Shown here piece after piece: positions 42,857 through 56,169 of a stretch of DNA of 64,000 nucleotides. Below the pieces are notes generated by a model. That model saw nothing but the letters and a program-made list of their open reading frames with translations, did not search any database and had not been told where the DNA came from. Numbering within the stretch: the first letter of the stretch is position 1; the number at the start of each line of letters is the position of its first letter. Made by a program: the position numbers and the translations under genes. This DNA is from Eledone cirrhosa. Lineage: Eukaryota. The DNA is taken from assembly GCA_964016885.1 (NCBI GenBank), contig CAXHJY010000292.1, positions 1-64,000 on the forward strand, written 5' to 3'.

Positions 42857-42925
42857 TATACATATATATATACATATATATACATATATATACATATATA
42901 TATACATATATATACATACATATAT

Positions 42926-43531
42926 ATGGTGGCTGCCAACTCGTTTTCGAGTACGGCCACTACTTTATATCCATGTAGGAGAACCCCTACCGATGCGCTG
43001 AACTACTGTGACTTTTTAGTCCAGCCAGCGACTTGAGAACTCTGGTACAAACACTACACTTTTGACAATTATTGACACATAGTGCTGGGCCCATGGTACC
43101 ATGTGACGACAAGTGCAGAGAGATCTCCTGATATAAATCAATGCCTGTGCCGTGAAGATTTTATAGTGAGCAAAGGCACTGCACAAAGCCAGTCCCACTC
43201 TCTTAACCAAGATGATATTTACCAAAAAGAAGAACAAGTCAACATCATTGGATACCATCAGGGTTGCAGGTGTTATATCAGAGTTTTCCTTCTCCTAGAA
43301 TTCTGCCTTGACAAAGGCTAAGGGGTCATCTCTCCCGATGATTTTGGATGGCCATTGACTCTTAAGAGCTCCTTTGCCCTTTGACAGGTTTTGTTTTTAG
43401 TCCCACAGGATGTCCAAAGTCACCCTCCTCACCAAGAAACCTTGATGGGGTTGCCAGTTTATTCGCCAACGACCCGACCATGAGACAGGTTGTACTGGGA
43501 TACATGTTACCAGTAGCACCAACTGGTGACC
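42926..43531 (-). mobile_element. Unclassified 606-bp non-coding element, copy 1
   Basis: ~97% identical and indel-free relative to 53926-54536; both copies are bounded by TA microsatellite; strand is inferred. Confidence 0.75.
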
Positions 43532-43974
43532 ATACATATATATACACATATATATACATACATATACACATATATACACATATATATACATACATATATA
43601 TACACATATATATACATACATATATATAGACATATATATACATACATATATATAGACATATATATAGACATATATATACATACATATATATAGACATATA
43701 TATACATACATATATATATATACATATATATACATACATATATATATACATATATATACATATATATATATACATATATATACATATATATATATATACA
43801 TATATATACATATACATATATATACATATACATATATATACATACATATATATACATATATATACATATATATATATACACATATATATATACATATATA
43901 TATACATATATATACATACATATATATACATATATATATACATACATATATATATATACATATATATACATACA

Positions 43975-44138
43975 TATCTAAGGCGGGTAAAATTCCCGAG
44001 ATCCATGCACGCGTTCTCTCCAGCGGTCTTTGTCCCTCATTATCGCTGCCATGTCCTGTGTCTCCAACAGACCAGTGTCTGTCCTTAGGGCATCAACATA
44101 CGTTAACCTTGGTCTTCCTCTTCTAGTGTGTCCATGCA
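43975..44138 (-). mobile_element. Family B LINE extreme 3' end
   Basis: [29 protein letters not shown], homologous to 33895-34052. Confidence 0.9.
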
Positions 44139-44176
44139 TTGTGTGCAGAGAGAGGAATGAAGCTTGCATGCTCCGG

Positions 44177-46426
44177 CAAGAGACAGGCATGGAAAGAATG
44201 GAGAACGGGGGGAGCAGGGTACATTACATAGAGACCAAGAGGGAAGCTAGGCGACAAGTATACTTAGCTAGGAGGGAAGCAGAGGATAGGAAATTCAAGC
44301 ATGTTTTGCAACGTGAGGACCAGAAACAGGAGGTATTCAAGATTGCGAAGCAGTGTGTCAGAGATAGTTGTGATGTCATTGGAGAGAAGTGTATCCGGAA
44401 TGATAAAGGTGAGCTTGCCCTCACAAGTGCTGAGAAGAAAGATGCATGGAAGAGTCATTATGATAGATTACTAAATGAGGAGAATGCATGGGGAGAAGAG
44501 ACCCTACCCCAAGTAGACCCTATAGAGGGACCAGCAGTACAAGTCAGCAGCAGCGTAGTAAGTAAGGCAATCAAAGATATGAAGATGGGGAAGGCAACCG
44601 GTCCATCGGCTATAGCTGCCGAGATGCTGAAGGCATCTGGGTCTGTAGGTCACACTATAACCACACGTATCGTTAACCAGGTAATACTAGAAGGTGCCAT
44701 ACCAAAAGATTGGTGCAGTAGCGTCATTGTCAACTGCTACAAAGGTAAAGGCGATGCACTAGATAGAGGAAACTATAGAGGTATGAAGTTGATGGACCAG
44801 GTCATGAAAGTAACAGAAAGAGTTATAGCACAGCTGATTAGGGACCGGGTGAATATAGACGAGATGCAATTTGGGTTTGTACCAGGAAGAGGCACCACTG
44901 ATGCCTCTTCCTTGTGAGGCAATTACAGGAAAAGTACCTAGCTAAATGTAAGCCACTCTACTTGGCATTTGTCGACCTTGCGAAAGCCTTTGACAGAGTT
45001 CCACGTGCTGTAATCTGGTGGGCTCCTAGAAAACTAGGAGTAGATGAATGGCTTGTGAAAGCGGTACAAGCCATGTATAGGGGAGCAGTCAGCAAAGTTA
45101 GGATTAGCAATGAGTATAGCGATGAATTTAGCGTACAGGTTGGGGTCCACCAGGGCTCTGTTCTTAGCCCCTCCTGTTCATCATAGTCCTGCAGTCAATA
45201 ACGGAGGAGTTTAAGACCGGATGCCCATGGGAACTCCTGTATGCTGATGACCTCGCACTCATAGCTGAATCTATGGTAGAACTAGAGAAGAAATTCCAAA
45301 CTTGGAAGCAGGGACTAGAAAGAAAGGGTCTCAAAGTCAACATGACAAAGACTAAGGTCCTTGTAAGTAGACGAGAAAACAAATGCAAACAATAGGTTCA
45401 CAAGAGATGTAGCGGGATCTCAGGAAGCTTAATTAAGAATGTGGGATTCACATGCAGCAGCTGTGCTGAGACAGCACGCAGCAAACAGCCACAGGAAACA
45501 AGTACCACCAATCTCTGGGAGGGCTCTGTAGAAACAGTAGACAGCTTCTGCTACCTAGGTGACCGAATTAGCAGCGGAGGTGGGTGTTCAGAAAGTACAA
45601 TAACTAGGGTAAGAACGGGATCGAAGAAGTTTAGGGAACTACTACCACTGCTAGCTGCAAAAGGCTTCTCCCTCAGAATGAAAGGCAGACTGTATGATGC
45701 GTGTATCCGAACTGCGATGTTGCATGGTAGTGAGACCTGGACGCTGAAGGTGGAAGACTTACGTAGATTAGAGAGAAACGAAGCCTGCATGCTCCGATGG
45801 ATGTGTAACAGTAATATACATGAACGACAAAGCATAAATGAATTGAGAGAGAGACTGAGCATAAGAGGAGTCAAATGCTGTGTGCAGGAGAGGCGGTTGC
45901 GCTGGTATGGACATGTGATGCGTATGAAGGATGACAGCTGCATAAAAAGGTGCAGAGTACTAGAAGTTGATGGAAACCGCGGAGTGGGGAGACCCAAGAT
46001 GACCTGGGATGAGGTGATAAAAGCCGACCTTACCCAATTACACCTCTCAAAGGCAATGACACATGACCGTGACTTCTGGCGTCACGCAGTAATACAGAGT
46101 ACCCGACCTCCCATGGGTACAAGCTGAAGCATATAGACAATATGCCCCAACACCCCTCACCGCAAGGTGGTCGTGGAGGTGCCACGGCAAAAAAGCACCC
46201 AGCCCACACTGTAAAGTGGACGTGTAGGCGCCACGAAAAAGCAGGCAGCACTCACTGTAAATGAGGTTGGTGTTAGGAAGGGCATCCAGCTGTAGAAATC
46301 AAGCCAAATCAGTTCCTGTATGAGCAAGGCATGGTCAGCCAACCAGACACTGCCCACAACAGGACAACCCGTCTAACCCATGCTAGCGTGGAAGAACGGA
46401 CGTAAAACGGTGATGATGATGATGAT
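44177..46426 (+). mobile_element. 5'-truncated RTE LINE (subfamily A1) with frameshifts and a 78-bp deletion
   Basis: Colinear with the reverse complement of 46701-49035; NYRGMKL, QFGF, DLAKAFD, GVHQGS, YADD; (ATG)n tail. Confidence 0.95.
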
Positions 46427-46520
46427 ACATATATATATATATATATATACATACACATATATATATATACATATACATATATATATACATATATATATAT
46501 ACATATACATATATATATAC

Positions 46521-46551
<31 letters not shown>

Positions 46552-46624
46552 CATACACATATATATATATACATATACATATATATATACATATATATAT
46601 ATACATATATATATATACATATAC

Positions 46625-46700
<76 letters not shown>

Positions 46701-46702
<2 letters not shown>

Positions 46703-49595
46703 CATCATCATCATCATCATCACCGTTTTACGTCCGTTCTTCCACGCTAGCATGGGTTAGACGGGTTGTCCTGTTGTGGGCAGTGTCTGGTCGGCTGACC
46801 ATGCCTTGCTCATACAGGAACTGATCTGGCTTGATTTCTACAGCTGGATGCCCTTCCTAACACCAACCTCATTTACAGTGAGTGCTGGGTGCTTTTTCGT
46901 GGCGCCTACACGTCCACTTTACAGTGTGGGCTGGGTGCTTTTTTGCCGTGGCACCTCCACGACCACCTTGCGGTGGGGGGGGGGGGGGCATATTGTTTAT
47001 ATGCTTCAGCATGTACCCATGGGAGGTCGGGTACCCTGTATTACTGCGTGACGCCAGAAGTCACGGTCGTGTGTCATTGACTTTGAGAGGTGTAGTTGGG
47101 TAAGGTCGGCTTTTATCACCTCATCCCAAGTCATCTTGGGTCTCCCCACTCCGCGGTTTCCATCAACTTCTAGTGCTCTGCACCTTTTTATGCAGCTGTC
47201 ATCCTTCATACGCATCACATGTCCATACCAGCGTAACCGCCTCTCCTGCACGCAGCATTTGATTCCTCTTATGCTCAGTCTCTCTCTCAATTCATTTATG
47301 CTTTGTCGTTCACGTATATTACTGTTACACATCCATCGGAGCATGCAGGCTTCGTTTCTCTCTAATCTACGTAGGTCTTCCACCTTCAGCGCCCAGGTCT
47401 CACTACCATGCAACATCGCTGTTCGGATACACGCATCATACAGTCTGCCTTTCATTCTGAGGGAGAAGCCTTTTGCAGCTAGCAGTGGTAGTAGTTCCCT
47501 AAACTTCTTCCATCCCGTTCTTACCCTAGTTATTGTACTTTCTGAGCACCCACCTCCGTTGCTAATTCGGTCACCTAGGTAGCAGAAGCTGTCTACTGTT
47601 TCTACAGGGCCCTCCCAGAGATTGGTGGTACTTGTTTCCTGTGGCTGTTTGCTTGCTGTTTCAGCACAGCTGCTGCATGTGAATCCTACATTCTTAATTA
47701 AGCTTCCTGAGATCCCGGTACATCTCTTGTGTACCCATTGTTTGCATTTGGGGCAAAGAATGGAGTTCCTACCTACACCTTTCCTACATACTGAGCAAGG
47801 CCATTTCCCTGAGGGGATCTGGGTTCTGTTTTCTCGTCTACTTATAAGGACCTTAGTCTTTGTCATGTTGACTTTGAGGCCCTTTCTCTCTAGTCCCTGC
47901 TTCCAGGTTTGGAATTTATTCTCTAGTTCTACCATAGATTCAGCTATGAGTGCGAGGTCATCAGCATACAGGAGTTCCCATGGGCATCCGGTCTTAAACT
48001 CCTCCGTTATTGCCTGCAGGACTATGATGAACAGGAGAGGGCTAAGAACAGAGCCCTGGTGGACCCCAACCTGTACGCTAAATTCCTCGCTATACTCATT
48101 GCCAATCCTAACTTTGCTGACTGCTCCCCTATACATGGCTTGTACCGCTTTCACAAGCCATTCATCTACTCCTAGTTTTCTAGGAGCCCACCAGATTACT
48201 GCACGTGGAACTCTGTCAAAGGCTTTCTCAAGGTCGACAAATGCCAAGTAGAGTGGCTTACTTTTAGCTAGGTACTTTTCCTGTAATTGCCTCACAAGGA
48301 AGAGCGCATCAGTGGTGCCTTTCCCTGGAACAAACCCAAATTGCATCTCGTCTATATTCACCCGGTCCCTAATCAGCTGTGCTATAACTCTTTCTGTTAC
48401 TTTCATGACCTGGTCCATCAACTTTATACCTCTATAGTTTCCTCTATCTAGTGCATCGCCTTTACCTTTGTAGCAGTTGACAATGATGCTACTGCACCAA
48501 TCTTTTGGTATGGCCCCCTCTAGTATTACCTGGTTAACGATACGTGTGGTTATAGTGTGACCTACAGACCCAGATGCCTTCAGCATCTCGGCAGCTATAC
48601 CCGATGGACCGGTTGCCTTCCCTATCTTCATATCTCTGATTGCCTTACTTACTACGCTGCCGCTGACTTGTACTGCTGGTCCCTCTATAGGGTCTACGTG
48701 GAGTAGGGTCTCTTCTTCCCATGCATTCTCCTCATTTAGTAATCTATCATAATGACTCTTCCATGCATCTTTCTTCTCAGCACTTGTGAGGGCAAGCTCA
48801 CCTTTATCATTCCGGATACACTTCTCTCCAATGACATCACAACTATCTCTGACACACTGCCTCGCAATCTTGAATACCTCCTGTTTCTGGTCCTCACGTT
48901 GTAAAACATGCTTGAATTTTCTATCCTCTGCTTCCCTCCTAGCTAAGTATACTTGTCGCCTAGCTTCCCTCTTGGTCTCTATGTAATGTACCCTGCTCCC
49001 CCCGTTCTTCCATTCTTTCCATGCCTGTCTCTTGGCCTTGACTGCTTCATCTACCTTATTGTTCCACCACCAAGTCACTCTCCTCCTGCTTGAGGTCTTA
49101 CTCCAGCCACAAACCTCATCCGTCGCCTCTAGTAAGTTATTTTTTAGGAACTCCCAGTTCTCTTCTACGTTAAATGTCTCTATCTGTTCTTCTTTACTGT
49201 CGTAGGCGTTGAGTAAAATATCTTTAAATCTGTTACTGGTTGAGGGGACTTTCAGCTTCCAGATCTTTCTTCTCCAGGTTGGCCTCTGTTTCAGGGCTCG
49301 TCTAGTTCTGACCGTGAGGTCGCTGACAACTAAGCTATGTTGGGATGTACATTCCTCACTAGGGAAGGCTTTTGTGTTTACGACCGTCCATCTGTCACGT
49401 CCTCTGATGAGGATAAAATCTAACTGACTAGAGTGCTCCCCTGATCTATAGGTGATCAGGTGGTTGTCGGGTTTTTTAAAGTTTGTGTTACATATCGACA
49501 TGTCATTGGCGTCGCAGAATTCTAGAAGTCTGAATCCTTCCTCATTCCTTGTGCCAACTCCATGGCCTCCATGTACTCTATTGAAGCCGTCGCAG
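46701..49595 (-). mobile_element. 5'-truncated RTE LINE (subfamily A1), ORF uninterrupted
   Basis: Starts within the APE domain (DGFNRVHGGHGVGTRNEEG); 3' UTR and (ATG)n tail. Confidence 0.96.
47006..49501 (-). CDS. RTE ORF: C-terminal part of APE endonuclease + RT with embedded PHD-type zinc finger
   Basis: SQLDFIL..TSQHSLV (APE); KATGPSG, YKGKGD, NYRGIKL, QFGF, DLEKAFD, GVHQGSVLSPLLF, LLYADD, CYLG; C4HC3 cluster. Confidence 0.93.
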   Translation of the reverse strand: MSICNTNFKKPDNHLITYRSGEHSSQLDFILIRGRDRWTVVNTKAFPSEECTSQHSLVVSDLTVRTRRALKQRPTWRRKIWKLKVPSTSNRFKDILLNAYDSKEEQIETFNVEENWEFLKNNLLEATDEVCGWSKTSSRRRVTWWWNNKVDEAVKAKRQAWKEWKNGGSRVHYIETKREARRQVYLARREAEDRKFKHVLQREDQKQEVFKIARQCVRDSCDVIGEKCIRNDKGELALTSAEKKDAWKSHYDRLLNEENAWEEETLLHVDPIEGPAVQVSGSVVSKAIRDMKIGKATGPSGIAAEMLKASGSVGHTITTRIVNQVILEGAIPKDWCSSIIVNCYKGKGDALDRGNYRGIKLMDQVMKVTERVIAQLIRDRVNIDEMQFGFVPGKGTTDALFLVRQLQEKYLAKSKPLYLAFVDLEKAFDRVPRAVIWWAPRKLGVDEWLVKAVQAMYRGAVSKVRIGNEYSEEFSVQVGVHQGSVLSPLLFIIVLQAITEEFKTGCPWELLYADDLALIAESMVELENKFQTWKQGLERKGLKVNMTKTKVLISRRENRTQIPSGKWPCSVCRKGVGRNSILCPKCKQWVHKRCTGISGSLIKNVGFTCSSCAETASKQPQETSTTNLWEGPVETVDSFCYLGDRISNGGGCSESTITRVRTGWKKFRELLPLLAAKGFSLRMKGRLYDACIRTAMLHGSETWALKVEDLRRLERNEACMLRWMCNSNIRERQSINELRERLSIRGIKCCVQERRLRWYGHVMRMKDDSCIKRCRALEVDGNRGVGRPKMTWDEVIKADLTQLHLSKSMTHDRDFWRHAVIQGTRPPMGTC

Positions 49596-49836
49596 TGTTG
49601 GGGAGGGTCATATTTGTGTAATATTGCCAGAATTAATAACAGAACACACTCACTGTTTGGTTGGTTTTCGCTTCTCGCTGTCTTTTATATATATATATCT
49701 GCGATCTAACTTACTCGGTCCTCAATGTTGCCATTGACTGACCGGCGGTCAAAAATAATACAGATACAATATAGACAAACACATATATATATAGTTTACA
49801 TAATTTACATAAATCTTTCGTTGCACATCTGCAACA
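49596..49836 (-). mobile_element. Possible solo LTR
   Basis: TGTTG...CAACA termini, TATA box, and shares tatata..gacagcgaga(a)gcg with the LTR at 538-839; no TSD seen. Confidence 0.45.
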
Positions 49837-49909
49837 TCGTCAGTGGTGTTATATTCATTGTTCCTCCTGTTGTGTTGTATGTCTACGCCATTTTTTTTGT
49901 GTTCCAAAA

Positions 49910-49966
49910 TATACATATACATATACATATATACATATATATATATACATATATACATATATACAT

Positions 49967-50004
<38 letters not shown>

Positions 50005-50056
50005 ATATATATATTTATATATACATATATATATATACATATATATATATACATAT

Positions 50057-50094
<38 letters not shown>

Positions 50095-50564
50095 ATATAT
50101 ATATTTATATATACATATATATATATATTTATATATACATATATATATATACATATATATATATACATATATATATATATTTATATATACATATATATAT
50201 ATACATATATATATATACATATATATATATATACATACATATATATATATACATACATATATATATATACATATATATATATACATATATATATATACAT
50301 ATATACATATATATATATACAAATACATATATATACATATATATACATACATATATATACATATACATATATATATACATATATATACATATACATATAT
50401 ATACATATACATATATATATACATATATATACATATACATATATATACATATATATACATATATATACATATACATACATATATATACATATACATATAT
50501 ATACATATACATACATATATATACATATATATACATATACATATATATACATATATACATATAC

Positions 50565-50633
<69 letters not shown>

Positions 50634-50634
50634 C

Positions 50635-50666
<32 letters not shown>

Positions 50667-50933
50667 ATATATATATATGCATATACATATATATATATAA
50701 AGAATCTTGCTAAACAAATTCAGAAACGAAATATATATATATACATATATATTTACATATATATACATATATATATACATATATATACATATATATATAC
50801 ATATATATACATATATATATATACATATATATACATATATATATATACATATATATACATATATATATATACATATATATACATATATATATATACATAT
50901 ATATACATATATATATATACATATATATACACA
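49910..50933. repeat. (TA)n/(TACA)n microsatellite
   Basis: Read directly; contains a ~31-bp unique insert at ~50699-50730. Confidence 0.97.
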
Positions 50934-52257
50934 TTTTATCTGTGATCTTAAGGGAGCTAATATACCATATAGCCTTAATTGGCGTTTAGTAGCACGCTCT
51001 AACCACCTTTCTACACATACTAAGTTTTATAATCTCTGATCCTCGAGACACACTCTATAATCTTCTCTAGCGCATCTTTACTTAATAGAAAGTCTGAGAT
51101 ATTCTCTTCTTGCCCCCACGCTATTTCTAATTCATACTTTTATTATAAACCTAAACGTTCTAGTGGTACAAATTGTACCCATTAGCTGATATATTCCATT
51201 ATTTATTTTTTAGTTTAGGTTCTTTTGTTTGCCAACATTATTATTATCATCATTATTATCATTGGTTTTTGATGACTCTTTATTCTAGCTCTCATAATCT
51301 TTTGGCTACTGTACCATATCTATCTTCTTACGCATTAAATTTTCACTATTACACCTTATGAATGTATATAAGATTATATATTTTACGCTATTTATTTTAT
51401 TTTATTCTTATTTTTATTTTTATTCGGATTCTTCTTTGGAACCCCCTCCCCCTCCCCCCCCATGCGCACATAAACTTATTGTCAACCCCTCCAAATTGAC
51501 TATGATTATATCTAACCCCCCCTCTTTTACGCTCCTTTCTATTATGTAATATAGTATATCGACTATATTTTATGCCCCTTTGCATCCTCCATATATTTCT
51601 TCATTTCTGTCCCTATTAGCCTACCTTAATTCTGCTTAAGTCAGTTTTTTAGATATCGTTATGTATATGATAATAACAAATTTTCATTCCTTTTTGTAAA
51701 CATTTGTAACGAAATATTAACGTTTATAAACTTTAATGACTTAAACTATAGCTAATATTATACTGCCTTATTGGATATTCTAAATATTTTTAATATTAAT
51801 TTATCAAATAGGGTTTTCGAGTCATTTGCAGGGGTTGTTTCCTTAGTTTTTACTTAACTACTTAACTGCATGTGAGACCTAAATGTATACGTTTGTTTTT
51901 GTTTTTTAATTTCCGGTTGATTCTATTTATTTATTTTATTCTATATGTTATAGTTTATATTTTATTTGTAATACTACTGTGCATTATATTGACTGTCTGG
52001 CACTTACTCACTCATCCATATACATATCTGTTCACCAACCTTGTAATTATAAGTAATTATATATTATATTGTGTTAATTTATTTTATATAATATATTATA
52101 TTATATTGTATTTTTTATTGTAATATTGATCCTTATTACTTACCGTTAATTATATGTAAGATTATGATATGTTAAACTTTATATATCATGTAAGATGTTT
52201 GTACTTTTGTACCATCAACATTTTTTGGGGGGTATTGTACAATTTATTTTTCCTCAC
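50934..52257 (+). mobile_element. Second PLE family: GIY-YIG C-terminus (frameshifted) + long AT-rich 3' UTR
   Basis: [24 protein letters not shown] / ILETHSII..LLNRKSEIFSSCPH aligns with LIWSLKDKNIKYNIFWKKI..CNLCLNEKFTII..IINRRSDLFSICLH. Confidence 0.8.
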
Positions 52258-53925
<1,668 letters not shown>

Positions 53926-54536
53926 ATGGTGGCTGCCAACTCGTTTTCGAGTACGGCCACTACTTTATATCCATGTAGGAGAACCCCTACCGATGCGCTG
54001 AACGAGTGTGACTTTTGAGTCCAGCCAGCGACTTGAAAACTCTGGTACAAACACTACACTTGTGACAATTATTGACACATAGTGCTGGGCCCATGGTACC
54101 ATGTGATGACAAGTGCAGAGAGATCTCCAGATATAAAGCAATGCCTGTGCTGTGAAGCTTTTATAGTGAGCAAAGGCACTGCACAAAGCCAGTCCCACTC
54201 TCTTAACCAAGATGATATTTACCAAAAAGAAGAACAAGTCAACATCATTGGATACCATCAGGGTTGCAGGTGTTATATCAGAGTTTTCCTTCTCTTAGAA
54301 TTCTGCCTTGACAAAGGCTAAGGGGTCATCTCTCCCAGTGATTTCGGATGGCCATTGACTCTTAAGAGCTCCTTTGCCCTTCGACAGGTTTTGTTTTTAG
54401 TCCTGCAGGATGTCCAAAGTCACCCTCCTCACCAAGAAACCTTGGTGGGGTTGCCAGTTTAGTCGCCAACGACCCGACCATGAGACAGGTTGTACTGGGA
54501 TACATGTTACCAGTAGCACCAAGTGGTGACCTGACA
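53926..54536 (-). mobile_element. Unclassified non-coding element, copy 2
   Basis: See 42926-43531. Confidence 0.75.
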
Positions 54537-54549
54537 TATATATATATAC

Positions 54550-54604
<55 letters not shown>

Positions 54605-54626
54605 CATACATACATACATACATACA

Positions 54627-54658
<32 letters not shown>

Positions 54659-54659
54659 C

Positions 54660-54710
<51 letters not shown>

Positions 54711-54711
54711 C

Positions 54712-55580
54712 ATGTTACTGAACGAAGACAAATTCGAACTGATCCACTTTGGAAAAGAGGATGCTCTGAAACTCCCATACTCCCTTCCCTCCGGGGAAAC
54801 TCTCGTGGCATCTAACAACATCAGAGACTTGGGAGTAACCGTGGACAGCAACATAAGCTGGACCACGCATATAAGCAGCAAAGTTGACATGGCCCGCAGA
54901 ATGTGTTCCTGGATCCTCAGAACCTTCCAGTCGAGAGATTCCCGCACCATTATCCTTCTCTTCTCTACTTTCGCCCGACCACACCTTGAATACTGTTGTC
55001 CACTGTGGTCTCCCCACACGAAACAAAGTATCATGAAACTTGAAGCTCCTCAAAGGGCAATCACGAAAAAGATAGATGGCATGTCAGACCTTGACTACTG
55101 GGGTCGATTAGAAAACCTGAAACTTTACTCACTCCAACGTCGCCGTGAGCGTTATATTATCTGCATGATGTGGAAAATGTTCCATCATCACTGCCCAAAT
55201 GATGTTGGCATCGCCTTCAAGATACACCCAAGGCTTGGACCCCGTGCTATCCGTCCCATTCAAAAATCTAAATCGCAACTCATAACAACAATACGGCACA
55301 ATTATTTCCCCTCAATCGGCCCTGCTCTCCTCAACATCACACCAGGACACGTCAAAACAGAAACTGACCACACAAAATTCAAGAAGTCTTTGGACAAATT
55401 CCTCCAAGTAATCCCGGACAAACCACCCACACCCGGATATGTCTCCGCAAACAGTAATTCTCTTCTCGAATGGGCCATGGTGCCCAAATCCTGAATTGAA
55501 AGACTTCGCCAGGTGGTGCTATTAAGTTAGACATGGCCTGGGCCAATACTGGCCAAAACATTTCAAAGTTATTCAAAGTT
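54712..55580 (+). mobile_element. 5'-truncated CR1-group LINE (RT C-terminus 54712-55494 + 3' UTR)
   Basis: [56 protein letters not shown]; tail (ttcaaagtta)x2. Confidence 0.92.
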
Positions 55581-56080
55581 ACATACATATATATATATAC
55601 ATATACATATATATATATACATATACATATATATATATATACATATATACATATACATATATACATATACATACATATATATATATACATATACATACAT
55701 ATATATATATACATACATATATATATATACATACATATATATATATACATACATATATATATATACATACATATATATATATACATACATATATATATAT
55801 ACATACATATATATATATACATACATATATATATATACATACATATATATATATACATATACATACATATATATACATATACATACATATATATACATAT
55901 ACATACATATATATACATATACATACATATATATACATATACATACATATATATACATATACATACATATATATACATATACATACATATATATACATAT
56001 ACATACATATATATACATATACATACATATACATACATATACATACATACATACATATACATATACATACATATACATAC

Positions 56081-56133
<53 letters not shown>

Positions 56134-56135
56134 AT
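55581..56135. repeat. (TACA)/(TA) compound microsatellite
   Basis: Read directly from the sequence. Confidence 0.97.
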
Positions 56136-56169
56136 ATATGCATGCACTTATGTTTATATGGTATGTGTA

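Noticed and set aside
43380-43531. Canonical HDV-like ribozyme call
   Set aside because: P1 and P2 candidates exist, but L3 and P1.1 do not fit the consensus; kept only as a hypothesis in the findings.
47136-48251. Long antisense ORFs over RTE and PLE coding regions
   Set aside because: Shadow frames with no recognisable motifs.
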